A DNA stretch of 63,886 nucleotides, the filler included, from Vannella sp. (taxonomy: Eukaryota): the NCBI GenBank assembly GCA_023345925.1. It is 5 parts of 5 records of this genome, joined end to end, with 100 filler letters (N's around TTAATTAATTAA, not from the genome) between each part and the next. Parts side by side here need not be neighbours in the genome. Positions count along the whole stretch, not along the records: positions 45,007 to 59,810 come from JAJQQN010000968.1; 4 more parts are not named here. One strand, 5' to 3'. Positions within the stretch are counted from its first letter, which is position 1. Each line of letters begins with the position of its first letter. Shown in pieces: positions 47,798 through 59,910 of this stretch. Below the pieces are notes generated by a model, which was not told the DNA's origin, made no database searches, and was given only the letters and a program-made list of their open reading frames with translations. Both the position numbers and the translations under genes were made by a program.

Positions 47798-48006
47798 CGG
47801 CTGGGGAAGGAAGAAATGGTAAAGCGGTCTTCCAAGTTTCCCAAGACTTTCTGAATGAAGGACTTTATCGAATCAATTACTTGAAATTGAGTCGCCTTCT
47901 AAGATTCGATCCCGATCTCCGATCGATAGAAGTTAATTTGGAAGGTCATTTATCTGCTTTTGAATAATTCAAGGAATGTGAAATAACTTGGTTCCTCTCG
48001 CGTGTT

Positions 48007-51000
48007 TCATTTCTTGCTCTCTTGGAAGAGTTTTTTGAGGACTTGTTTTACCTCCGCAAGCAAATTCATTCCCAAAGCACCGTCGCTGCATTTGAGCTCG
48101 ATTGCGAAACCACCCTTTTGGTTCCGAACGATCAGACACACATGATGGCCTTGAGTACTTCGTCCGTACAAGTTGGCAACGTCAGTGATGGCCACCTCTT
48201 GGAGGTGGAGAGTATCTGAGATAAGCACCAAACCAGCGCGCGCATCGGAGCAACGGACTTTCGAGGTGGCAGATTCGAGGGTGTTGGACAAGCTGGTGAA
48301 TTGGTCCAAATCCATCTCGTAAGGTTGGATGAAGGCTGAGGAAGGCAGGAGAACAGAGAAGTTGAGTTCTCCTTGGTTAAGCCCGCTTTGGTATCCGAGC
48401 ATGCCGTCGATCTGCTGAGGCTCGATGAAGCTCTGGAACTGGAAGAGGAGTCTGTGAGAGTCGCTTTGGCTGGCAGCAATGGAGAGTGCTGGACGGGGGT
48501 CTGAGGGGGGAACCATTTGAATGTCATCAGGGCAATGCATATTGAACTGCAACTCGCTTAGGGTCGCACCAACGGCAAGGATGTGGAAGAGGACCATCAC
48601 CTTGTCAGGTTGGGAAGGGTTCACACCCAACTCATAAGCCAACTTCATGTGCGCAGTCTCACCAGCACGGCTGATTGATGTCGGCTTGGCAGTCTCTTGT
48701 GTGCGTCGCCCTTTTCGGCTCTTCTTTTCCTTTCGTTCGCGACGGCCTCGTTTTTCCTCGGATTGGCGCTCGTACGGGTTCGAGTAGCCACTAGAAGGAG
48801 TTGGATAGGAAGCGGTAGTAAGCTCCTCGTCGGGACGGACAGCGCTGGATAGATCGATGCCACCGAAGAGGCTGTCATCAGCAGTCTCATCATCGGAGTC
48901 GTCGTTTGTCGCACCCTCAGGCATCTCCTCTGTAGTCATGATTTGGATGTTCTTCATGCGCTTGGTGGAGGTTGGTACGCGAGTGGTGGTTGGGGTCGAG
49001 CCACCCAAGTTGATCATCTCCTTTGTGAGAACTTCAACCTCTGGCTCGTTCTCATCTTCGGATGAGGCGTCGTTACCAAGGTAGAAAGGATCTTTACGGC
49101 GGCGATCGATGCGTTTCTTACGGTCCAACTCGACAGTGACAGGATCCTCCGCAGCCGAAGAAGGATTGAAACCGCCCTCGTTATGATAGCTTGAGTGATC
49201 TCCCAAGTCCGTAAGATCATCTTCATCATCAGAAGGTGGGGGAGTGTTGATTTGCCTCTCCAAATCAAGTCCCTCTGGGACTGGAACCTTGCGTTGAGCC
49301 TTCTCAGCCACAGGGTTGAGAGGTTCCGCAAAGAGAGCCAACAGCTCATTTGCAGCAGCCCCACCAACACTCTCAGTGAGGTTGACCAACTGGAGGGCAA
49401 AGCACGCGCGCTCTTGAGTCTCCAAATCAACGCTTCGAGTGAACAGAGGCAAGCGCTCCTTCATCAGCTTCAGAGCCAAAGCGGGACTGTCCTGTCCAGG
49501 AACCTCGTGAGACTGAACAAAGAGTGACTCGTCACCGGATCCAGTAGCGACAACAGCAGCGAAGAGCTTGACGGCGTTTTGCACATTAACTGCTTGGATG
49601 TGGCCAGGAAGGGAAGAGGTGCGAGGATGCAAAAGGGCATCAAGAAGAGCACACTTGCCAGATTGAATAAACTCGTTGAACTCGCCAACGATCCAAGCGG
49701 CAGCATACAGCACCTCACAGACACCACCAACAGTGGGATTCTCCGCAGTGAGGCGAACATCGTTGAGGAGGTTGGCCATGTGCGAGACACCGAACTCGCG
49801 GATAACTTTCACGCGAATGCACACGTCCATCAGTTGATCAGAGATCCTCTTACCGTGGCGAGTGCCTTGAACGTGGGTCAGCTCCACGAGCACGTTAATG
49901 TACCACTCAAAGTCCACAATGAACTGGTAGTTGCCTTGAGAGCAAATGGAGATGACCTTGTCGATAATCTCTTCGCGATAGGTGTCACTGGATTGATCCA
50001 GCTTGCTCATGAGCGTCTTGACAATGTCCATCAGAGTGCGTTTGTTCACCATACCCTCCACGAGGTCCAATGCTCGAAGGCGAATGGTGATATCCTCATC
50101 GTTGAGACAGTTCATGACGGTTTCGCGGTGCTCTTGAACAGCCTTTGGCGCGATTTTCATGATTTTGTGCAACGCCAAAAGGCCCAGGTACTTCACTAAA
50201 GGAGAGTTAGCTTTCTTTCACTCCACAAAGAAGGTTAACGAACAGTTTTGGTCGTGATCCTCGATGAACAAGCGGAGCTTGGTGATGCACAGGCGGATGG
50301 CACTCCCATGAGCGGTGAGGCCAATAATGCACGTGAGGATGCACTCATACAACAGACTCATGGCAGAAGTGGAGTTCATGATGTTCGTCAGTGGTTCGAC
50401 AAGCTTCTTGGCGAGGCGAGGCTCCAGAGGAGTGAGAGCGCCGAAGAGCTTCACCAGTTTGATGAGCATCCAGTTGTTAGTGCTCGTAGTGAGGATCTTG
50501 AACAGTACGGGGGCCAAAGAAAGGTAGTTCTTTGGGTTCTTCCGCGCCAACTCACAGATAACGTTGGTGGCAGCGCAAACAACCGTCTGATCGGCATCTT
50601 CGAGCTTTTCCTTGAGACGAGGGAAGGCTGGGCGAAGTGCTTGTGGGAACTTAAGGAAGATCTTGTACAAGACAAGAACAGCCTTCTTCCGAACATACAC
50701 TCGCGAGGACGACAAAAGCGCTACCAAATCGGGTGCCAAGTCACGAGCCAAGTCAGTGGTACATACGTTGGACAAGCAATTGATTGCTAAGCCGCTCTCC
50801 CAAGGCGAAGAGCTTCCAATGTCCTTGCGGATGCGTCAGACACGAGAAAAATCGAAATAATAAGGACTCTTAGTTCTTACCTTCTTGAAGAGGCTGGTGG
50901 CCAACATCAGGACATCTGTTTCTTCGTTGAAGGTCTGGGATGCGGCCAAGTATCCCACACGCTTGGCAGTGAAGTTGGTCTGGCTCATCACCTCAATCAT

Positions 51001-51255
51001 GTTGAATGAGGCCCAGCTAATGTCATAGCCTAGCATTTGAAGCTAGTATGGGTCAGTGGTGACGAGCGTAGGTGGTAAGGGAAAGCTCACGTAGCAGAGT
51101 TTCTGAACAGCAACCATCTTGGCCTTGTTGTTTTGAAGACGCAACTCTTCCTTAATCTGCTGCAGGCACTTGTTGATGTAGGCCTCCTCGTCGTTCTTAT
51201 TTGCCCGGATACCGCGAACCAGGTCCGCCAGGGACTTCCGGAAGATGGCGTCCAT
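48007..51255 (-). CDS. AP3D1: AP-3 adaptor complex delta subunit, multi-exon
   Basis: FRKSLADLVRGIR, LGYDISWASFNMIEVMS…KRVGYLAASQ, NNWMLIKLVKLFGALTPLEPRL, PVAEKAQRKVPVPEGLDL. Confidence 0.96.
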
Positions 51256-51525
51256 GACCGACCCCCCAAAAACTGATTGAACCTTGGCTAACCATTACTC
51301 TGAAGTAAAACAAAGTGAAAGTTCTTTGATTTGAGATGACACTGACCTCCCCCTTTCCTCTGGAAGTCTAAGCCTCCTGCTATCAGGTGGAGATGAACCT
51401 TGACCTTTGGTACAAAGGATACAATCCTTCAGTGAGTGTTCACTGCCTCGAGCAAGTAGGGCGCACCCTTTTGCATACGCTAGGAACGTCAGGCTTGAAC
51501 AGGGTTCTGTGGACAGAAGTGGTTG

Positions 51526-51765
51526 TTATTCAGGAGGAAAGACTGCTTTGTACACAGACTTCGTTGTGATGGAGGTACTGTCAAAATAGCGCTGCGTACA
51601 GTTGTGTAAGCAGTTCTTCTCTGATACAGTCAGATGCGGCGCGTCCTTGATCGGCACGCAAGTCTCCCAACAGATGTTCGTCAATTGCAATGAAATGGCC
51701 AGCCTCTGTGTTGCCTCCTGTCTTGATCGGTCCTGTTGGCGTTGAGCCCCAGACTGCCTTGGCAT
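51526..51765 (-). CDS. Small Tim (Tim8/Tim13-like) twin CX3C chaperone
   Basis: LTNICWETC…LTVSEKNCLHNCTQRYFD; start placed at MPRQSG (79 aa). Confidence 0.85.
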   Translation of the reverse strand: MPRQSGAQRQQDRSRQEATQRLAISLQLTNICWETCVPIKDAPHLTVSEKNCLHNCTQRYFDSTSITTKSVYKAVFPPE

Positions 51766-52145
51766 TGTTGGTGAAGGTAAAAAGTGAAGAGTTCCAGGAA
51801 AACAGAATTCCCTCGGCAACTCCTTTGGATCATCAAAAACCAAACCAAACTGCAAAATCCCACAATCATCGGTCCCTCTGTCATTGCTTTGGAAGGCGAT
51901 GGACGTCGGTGAAAGGTTAACGCGGTCCTTAAGTCTGGCTTCAGTGCTGAGACCTGTGCACTTGTGCACGTGAGAGTCACAGCAGCCTCGCTCTTAGTTG
52001 CGGCTTCCTGAAGACAAATGAGTCATAGCCGCGTTAAACGTGTTTCACATTCTCCTTTCTGAGCGCATGGCACCTCTGCCCTTCGGGCAGTCTATGGAGT
52101 GTGCCGCTCCCTTGGCGAGGGGACATTCTCAACTCCCTATTTGTA

Positions 52146-52855
52146 TTACATTATGCCGCTGGCGAACTCGTCTCTCAAGTCCTCTTCTCCCAATACATCA
52201 ACATCGACTTCGTAGTCCATGTCCGTGATGGTCATCTCGATGTCGCGTGGGAGAGCGCCCTGCTCCCTGCGAAGGCGCTTCTTCTTGACGTAGAGCCAAG
52301 TACCAAGAGCACAGAACACAACAAAGAGTCCAGACGGGATGAATCCCAGACCCAGGAGGATCAGTGTGATGTCGCGAAGCTCCTCAGCCGCTGTTGTGGT
52401 GTTAGTGATGGGCTGTGGGCATGAAACACGTACAAGCTTTCTTATCAGACGCCTTTACACTGCCCACAACGATAACACAGATCAATCCGATGCCAAGTGA
52501 GGCGATAGCGGATCCCCAACAACACTGCGGCAGTCAGTATCGTCATTTTGGCAAAGGCGGGCACTCACAAGCGGTGAGACTAAGGTGGGATCAATATCAT
52601 CATCTAAAAAGTAATCCTCCTCGTTCCCAGCATCCTCAGCATCCCCAGTATCCTCAATCTCTTCCATCGAAGGAGCTGATTGACCCGTTGTGCTCGTTTC
52701 CCCCTCCTCCGGGATTCCCTCGTCCTCATATTCATCCCCACGGAAGGGAGAGAACCCTTGTGGCTTCCTCCGAGTCATAAAGTCTACCCAGCCACTGTCA
52801 ACCCCACTCCAGCGGTCCCCTCCCACTCACCATCCTCGTCTTCGACCTCGGCCAT
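52146..52855 (-). CDS. Hypothetical small two-TM protein with acidic termini (4 exons)
   Basis: Spliced MAEVEDED/DFMTRRKP…DPTLVSPL/CCWGSAIASLGIGLICVIVVGS/PITNTT…ILLGLGFIPSGLFVVFCALGTWLYVKKKR…SGIM; canonical GT-AG introns. Not called intact in the ORF track. Confidence 0.6.
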
Positions 52856-52887
52856 GCCAGGCAATGAAATGAGCAAAAGGCAAGGCT

Positions 52888-53713
52888 TTAGTGGGCAGGA
52901 CTGCCATAAATCAGGCGCGCGCGCACTTCCCTTACGAGGAACTTCACATCGTCCAACGCCACTGCTCGGGCGAGGATGTCAGAGATGTCAGCAGTGGCGG
53001 GGATGAGCTGGAACGCGTCAATAAGGAGGCCAGGGCGGGAGGGAAGGAGGACTTACTGTTGCACCGGTGAGGGACTCTTCTTCGCTGTGGAAGTGGGCGA
53101 GGAGCTTGTGGGTGGAAGGTACGGAGGTAACGTGGGGTTGTTGTGCTAGATGCTTGGAGAAAGAGAGGCGGAGTGTCAGTGTAAGGCAATCGGCTGTTTG
53201 CTCGTAGCCCTCGACAGAGATCCCGCTGAGCACTTGCAAGGAGGCGATGACGGTTTGATACCAGGAGAGCATCTTGTGACACTTGATGAGGCCGTTCGAT
53301 GGCGTACCACTCGCATTCGAAGGGACATTGATGGTCGAAGGGACATTCTCTTGGTCTGAAGAGGGTTGAAGGCGCTGTAGGATGCGCTGATACTCACTGA
53401 TCTGTTCGATCTGTTTCATGATGCGGCTTTCGAGCTCTTCGGAGTGGGCCAGTACTTCCTTGGACTGGTTCTTTGCGTGTTTCACTTCTTCGGCAGAAGG
53501 GAAGTCCACCTGGAGTGCGCTTAGGTCCATTTCGTTCTTGAGGGCTTCAAGAAATAGGACCTTGCTACGGGACTCCACGTAGCTGAACTTCAACCCACGT
53601 GTGACCTCCTTCGCAGCGGCTTCCTGTTGCCTCAACTCTGCAATCTGCTTGAGAACCCCCTCGTATCCCAGGGCTTCCGCCTCCTCCATCATAGTTTGTA
53701 TCTCCCCTTCCAT
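52888..53713 (-). CDS. Sos7/Kre28/Zwint-1-like kinetochore protein (coiled coil + RWD-like C-terminus), 2 exons
   Basis: LKFSYVESRSKVLFLEAL resembles the Sos7 motif (LRFSYVEQVTKEKFL); last exon LIPATADISDILARAVALDDVKFLVREVRARL. Confidence 0.6.
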
Positions 53714-54075
53714 TGTACTTGATAATGGCGCCAAAAGCACCTTCCACCGACCACTTCTGATTTTCCCGCCATTTCTTTTGGTCAAACATAAAAAGGATGA
53801 TAAACGGACTCCAGGGTTTTCTTTGATTGATAAGAGTAGAATTGCTGGATGGAGTCCTCACCGATCCTCGCTTACAAAAAAGACCGCGAATTTATAAAAT
53901 GCCGTAGCAGCAAGAGTTTTAAGATTATGGGATTCTCCTGGTCTCCTTTATCTCTTGGTAGGCAACCAAGAAATGAAGGATTGGAGACACACTGGCTTGC
54001 CTGCTGAATATGAGGTCCTTTGGAAGGCTGCGGAAATGGGGTCCCTTTTGGTCATTCTTTTTCGTGGCCGCTGCC

Positions 54076-56131
54076 ATGTACGGGGACCAGAAGAAGAATG
54101 TTAAGAACAAGCAGGCTGCTCCCTTGCAGATCACTGCTGAACAGATCATGCGGGAGGCGATGGAGCGTCAGGAGTCTGAGTACAAGCCGCCCACACAGCG
54201 CATCCAAGATTTGGACGAACTCAAGCACTACCAAGTCACAAAGCGGAAGGATTACGAGGACTCCATTCGTAGGAACCAAGCCCATGTGGGAAACTGGATC
54301 AAATACGCTCAATTTGAAGAGCAGCAGGAGCAGTTCCTGCGCGCGCGCTCAGTCTATGAGCGAGCGTTGAATGTTGACAGCCGCAACCCACTTCTATGGC
54401 TCAAGTATGCAGATATGGAGATGAAGCATAAGAACATCAACCGAGCTCGCAACGTGTGGGAGCGTGCCACGCAGTTGCTCCCTCGAGTGGACCAGTTCTG
54501 GCTCAAATACGTGCTAATGGAGGAGATGCTTGGCAACTTTGTCGGTGCAAGGTATGTTACCCTCTTCTGTATCTTCTGGAAGCTCGTCTGATCCCTGTTT
54601 CCCTCAAACCAGGCAAATCTGTGAGAGGTGGATGACCTGGGAACCTGCCAAGCGGGCTTGGGGCACCTTTATTAACATGGAGCTGCGGCATGGAGAAACA
54701 GAACAGGTCCGTAAGATCTATGAGCGCTACGTTCAGGTCCATCCCGAGCCCAGGACCTGGATCAAATGGGCAAAGTTCGAGCACAAGCACGGGGACTTTG
54801 ATCGAGCCCGCCAAGTCTATCAAACCGCCATCGACTACTACGGCGAAGAGAACTCTGCTGAGGGTGAGGAGCTCTTCATCAAGTTTGCCGAGTTCGAGAT
54901 CATTGTCCGCGAGTTTGAGCGCGCGCGGGCCATCTTCAAGTACGCTCTTGATCACATCCCCAAGGGGAAGGCCGTGGCATTGTACAAACAGTTCATCGCC
55001 TTCGAGAAACAGCACGGCAACAAGATTGGCATCGAAGAGGCAATCGTTAACAAGCGCCGCTTCCACTACGAGGAGGAACTTAAGTCCAATCTGAAGAACT
55101 ATGACGCGTGGTTCGATTACATCCGGTTGGAGGAGGAGCATGGCGATGTGGCTCGTGTTCGGGAGGTCTTCGAGCGCGCCATTGCCCAGGTGCCTCCTGC
55201 CACAGAGAAGCGCTTCTGGCGGCGGTATGTCTACCTTTGGATCAACTATGCAGTGTTTGAAGAGCTTGAAGGGTCCTCAAGCAAGGCCCGAGAGGTCTAC
55301 AGCGAAGCTGTCAAGATCATCCCACACAAACGCTTCTCCTTCTCCAAGATTTGGCTGCTCTTCTCTCACTTTGAGATCCGCCAAGGTCAACTGGATGCAG
55401 CACGGAAGATATTAGGACAGGCGATAGGCCAGGCCCCCAAAAGTAAGGTGTTTGAAGAGTACATTGATCTTGAAAGCAAGCTGGGGAACATTGACCGGGT
55501 CAGAACTCTCTTTGAGAAGTGGCTGAAGGTATTTCCGCATGATTGCACCGCTTGGTGCAAGTATGCTGAGGCTGAAGATCTTTTGGAAGAGTCAGAGAGG
55601 GCTCGGGCTATCTACGAGGTCGCTGTACAACAGCCCCTTTTGGACATGCCAGAGTTGGTGTGGAAGGCTTTCATTGACTTTGAGATCGCCGAGGGAGAGA
55701 CAGACAACGTGCGGAAGCTGTACGAGCAACTTTTGGAGCGAAGCAAGCACGTTAAGGTCTGGATAAGTTATGCACAGTTTGAAGCCGCCCTCGAGAATGT
55801 CACCCGAGCTCGAGAAATTTACCAGAAAGCTTATGAGAGCCTCCGTAACGCTGAGGCCAAGGAGGAACGCGTTTTACTGGTAGAGACTTGGAAAGAGTTT
55901 GAATCAAGTAGCGGGGACTCAGAAACGCTCGCAGCAGTAGAGAAGAAGACACCCAAGAGAGTTCAGAAGCAACGGACTCTCCAGAATGACGACGGGACCG
56001 ACGGAGGAGTTGAAGACTTTATCGACTTTGTCTTTCCGGATGAACTCGAAAGCCAGCCTCCCCGCCTACTCGAACTCGCTCAAATGTGGAAGAAACGTAA
56101 GCTGGAGAGTGACTCCAATGCTTCTGAGTAA
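54076..56131 (+). CDS. CRNKL1: Crooked-neck/CLF1/SYF3 splicing factor (HAT repeats), 2 exons
   Basis: VKNKQAAPLQITAEQI, WIKYAQFEE, NYDAWFDYIRLEE, EKRFWRRYVYLWINYA, LDMPELVWKAFIDFE. Confidence 0.97.
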
Positions 56132-56265
56132 CTTAAAGGCTCTTTCATCCACACAGACCAGAATGGAGTCCACATTCACTCCATTCCAGCTCTCCCTGAG
56201 CTCTCTCTCCTGGCACTTCGTGCCCAGGAGTGGGTTGTCTAATGGGAGGGATTTGTCACTTTTTG

Positions 56266-57411
56266 ATGTCCCAACAGGGAGTTGGCTGGACCGGCTTCAC
56301 AGCGGAGCAGATGGCGGCTTCGAGGCAGCAGTGGGCGCAGCAGGGGTACACATTGGAGCAGATCGACTCCTTTTCTCATGCATACAATCAGCAGCAGCTG
56401 TACTACGCGGCGTACATGCAGCAGCAAGCAGTCTCGGGATCAGCTGGGTTCCAGGGTCCTGCTGCTGCAGGTGTGGTCTCAGGGCATCCTTATCCTAGTA
56501 ACTATGCGTATCCTGGATACTACAACCCCTACCAGGTATGTGGATCCTCTGGATCGCGGGATCTTGACTCAGGATCAGATTGTAGGTGGCCCAATCGGCC
56601 CCTGTCGCCCAGCAGGCTTCTCGGGGTGGAAAGAGAAGTGAACCGCTTAACAAGAGGCCCAATGGTGGTCCTGGTAAGCGGAAGAAGGTCCAACATGATG
56701 GAGGGGAGGATGGAGACGACGAGGAGAGTCAACTTCGTAAGCTTAAGTTCCCCAAGAAGGAGGAGAGCCCGGAAGAGATAGCCCAATGGATTGAAGACCG
56801 TCGTAAGATGTTCCCAACCCGAGCACGAGTCGAAGAGAAGCGCAGCGCAGCCACTGAGACGAAAGACAAGCGGAAGTTGAAGTCTGACAGGAAGCGTGGG
56901 AGTGCTGGCGATCGCCAGAACAAAGCAAAGACGTGCGCTTTCTTCCAGAGAGGAAAGTGTAGCAAAGGAGATGACTGTCTCTATCTCCACCAGAAGAGAG
57001 CGCTTCCGACAATCCGTCCCTCCAAACAGGGCCCCACGTTACTGGAGAAGGTAGGAGAAGACTACTGGAGAGAGAGGCATCAAAACACTAAGCGGGGTGT
57101 AGCTGTTAGAGAAGCAGGTGAATCAGGAGGTGGACGTTCTGTTACAGTGCCTGAAGTACATTTCAGTCCACAATTTCCTCTCCGAAGAGGGTCAGGAAGA
57201 GAGCTCGAGCGAAGAAGAGACAAGCAGTAGTGATTCTGAAAGCAGTAGTGACTCTGAAAGCAGCAGTGAAGAGGAAGATGAAGAGAAACGGGAAGAAGAC
57301 GAAATGAGGGAAAGTGTGAGCGAGACTGCCAGCGGGGATTTGGAGTCCGTTGCTCTGTCACAGCTTATTCCCTCTGCATACCAATCCTCAGAAGCAGATT
57401 CAATAGCCTAG
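56266..57411 (+). CDS. NUFIP1: NUFIP1/Rsa1-like snoRNP assembly factor with CCCH zinc finger, multi-exon
   Basis: ESPEEIAQWIEDRRKMFPT (PEP motif), CAFFQRGKCSKGDDCLYLH, TLLEK/LL…EVDVLLQCLKYISVHNFL. Confidence 0.8.
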
Positions 57412-57710
57412 CTGGCATCAAACCTTCCCTTCCTTCAATCCCAAGAGGAGGCTCCACTAAACTCCTTTCATTGTGCCACTTTGTTCAGATCCCTTTGCTC
57501 ACACAAAAGATCCCGTCATACAACCAAGATGTCCATTCCATAAGTTCGGAACCGAGAAATCTCCCAGAAAGTCCTTCCTTGGAGGGGAAATGAATACAAT
57601 TCGGGTCTCCTCCAATCAGAAGGAGGGATCGGTCATTCGATCGACCAATAAAAAGCCGAAGCTGAAGCCCTCTCTGTCAATGTCTTTCGTTTCCTCCCTC
57701 TTGCAACAGG

Positions 57711-58763
57711 ATGTGCCAACTCAAGTCTTCTCCTTCACCTGTGTTCCCTTCTGCACCGCAGGTTGCAAAGAAGGAGGCCATCAAGCCCCTTTTGGCTAAG
57801 AGAGAGGCGGCCACCTTCGCTATCTCTCCCTCTTCCAAGAAGATCTGTCTCAAGCCCAATGCTCTCGTCGAAGCTACACCAGTTAAGACCACAGAGGCAC
57901 CTGAGCCTACTCCAGAAGTGGTGGAGATCACAGAGACTCCCGAAGATCAGCTCCAGGCCCGACAAAACACCACCCTTCGCTTCATACAAGCTGCCAGCTG
58001 CGGTGATCTCGCTGCAGTCCAGTCCTTAGTAGAGAACGAGAGCCAAGACGTGAACGAGAACTACATTGGCTACACAGCTCTCCACTACGCAGCTTTCTAC
58101 AATCACAAAGGTGTCGTCGAGTTCCTCATTGAAGCAGGGGCTAATGTCGACGCTAAGAACCCCACAGGAGTAACTCCTCTTGCGTGGGCTGCTGATCGCA
58201 ACCACGTTGCGCTCGTTGGCTTCCTTCTGGAGTGCGAGGCTGACCCTTCCATTGCCAATAACGAGGGCATCTCTCCTCTTCACCAGGCTGCTCGTAGTGG
58301 AAACGCGGAGATGGTCGCTGCTCTCCTCTCTGTCAACACGGAGACGGAGGAGTGGACCAAGGTGAACGCCCGAACCACTTTGGGGTACACACCCGCTTAC
58401 TTTGCAGCCTTTACGGGGTCATTGGACGTCCTCAAACTGCTCGTGGAGTATGGAGGAGACATGGATATGCCCTCTAAGGCCAACGTCGTCCCTCTTCACC
58501 GAGCGGTGGCAAAGGAGCACACGCAAGTCGTCCATTTCCTCCTCTCCTGCGGTGTTAATGTCAACAAGAAGGATGATAACGGTCGCACAGCTCTCCACAC
58601 AGCCGCTTTCACAAACCAAGTGGGCGTTGTCCGCGCACTGCTGGAGCGAGGGGCTCAACAGACTCCTGATGCCTCTGATCGCACCCCTTTGGATTTAGCT
58701 GCCATTCGCAAGCACCAAGCTGTCATTGAGCTTCTGGAGAGTGCTCAAAGCGAGGAGTTTTGA
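57711..58763 (+). CDS. Ankyrin-repeat protein (~7 repeats)
   Basis: GYTALHYAA, GVTPLAWAA, GISPLHQAA, GRTALHTAA, RTPLDLAA. Confidence 0.9.
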   Translation: MCQLKSSPSPVFPSAPQVAKKEAIKPLLAKREAATFAISPSSKKICLKPNALVEATPVKTTEAPEPTPEVVEITETPEDQLQARQNTTLRFIQAASCGDLAAVQSLVENESQDVNENYIGYTALHYAAFYNHKGVVEFLIEAGANVDAKNPTGVTPLAWAADRNHVALVGFLLECEADPSIANNEGISPLHQAARSGNAEMVAALLSVNTETEEWTKVNARTTLGYTPAYFAAFTGSLDVLKLLVEYGGDMDMPSKANVVPLHRAVAKEHTQVVHFLLSCGVNVNKKDDNGRTALHTAAFTNQVGVVRALLERGAQQTPDASDRTPLDLAAIRKHQAVIELLESAQSEEF

Positions 58764-59288
58764 GGAAACCAGCCAACTCGCGACTTGTACCGGTGATAAC
58801 CTTTTTGGATGTTTATAAATGCTAATAGAGAAAGTATGAACGGTTCGCACCAAACCCCGTGTTAACTATTCCCTCTTTCCGCACCAGCCCGCATGCCGAG
58901 CCTCGGCTGTGCCTCTGGAACATTCTCTTCGAGCGGAGCAGGAAGTGTGTCTGGCTCTAAAGGTGAATGTCAACGTAAAAGGCAGCCCTCCAAAGACGAG
59001 ACACTAATCATGATATATGGTTCGTTGTCCAACAACCCCCTAAAATAAGTGAGAGAAGAGCGGAAACAAAGGTTCACGATATACACCTTTTAGTCTTTGT
59101 TACGCAGTACTATCTACCATAAGATTAGAACCTCTCAATCGTTGAAGAACAGTCCATCAGGTTGTGAGTGAAGCACTATAATGGATAAACAGTTTATTCC
59201 AAAGACAAGATTGGGGAACCGGAGGGTTTTGATGTCGTCCGTGTGGCTCTGGGCACTTGTGCCTGGGAATTAATAGGGGTGCGCTGGT

Positions 59289-59381
59289 CTTGGGTTCCAA
59301 CATCCCTCATCCTGAGGACGCGATGGGCTTGGGTTCCAACATCCCTCATTCTGAGGACGCGATGGCCTTGGGAAACATCCC
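59289..59381. repeat. 39-bp tandem repeat, ~2.4 copies
   Basis: CTTGGGTTCCAACATCCCTCAT(C/T)CTGAGGACGCGATGG at 59289 and 59328; partial copy at 59367. Confidence 0.9.
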
Positions 59382-59810
59382 GATTGGTGGTTTGTAGATT
59401 GTCCGAAATTCATAATGCTTCCGAAGAGACTGAGAGGCCAGAAAGTGCAGCGAGAAGAGAACCTTAGTCTTTTAAAACACATCAGTGATCCATGATTGGC
59501 TCTTCCTTTATCATTCAATCAAAACCAGGGAAAACGGGACTCAAGGAAACGAGAATCCAGAAAACGGGATGTAAAAAAATAATTGCGTCATTTCATCGTT
59601 CTTCATTTCTTTCCCTCTCTTCGCCTCTTTCTTCTTTGGCCCCTGATTCGTTGGTGAACAAAATGATGGAAATCATTCCTTTGGTCTTTGGTTCCCCACC
59701 AGGATGTGAGAGGTTTGGAGGTGATGAAAGGACATAACTTATCGCCATGTCGGTCAAGACAGCTACTTCCTCTCTCAGAGCCAGCAGACCTGCCGCGAAC
59801 AACATCTCTC

Positions 59811-59910
59811 NNNNNNNNNNNNNNNNNNNNNNNNNNNNNNNNNNNNNNNNNNNNTTAATTAATTAANNNNNNNNNNNNNNNNNNNNNNNNNNNNNNNNNN
59901 NNNNNNNNNN
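59811..59910. other. Artificial assembly spacer N44-TTAATTAATTAA-N44
   Basis: Identical to the other spacers. Confidence 0.99.
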
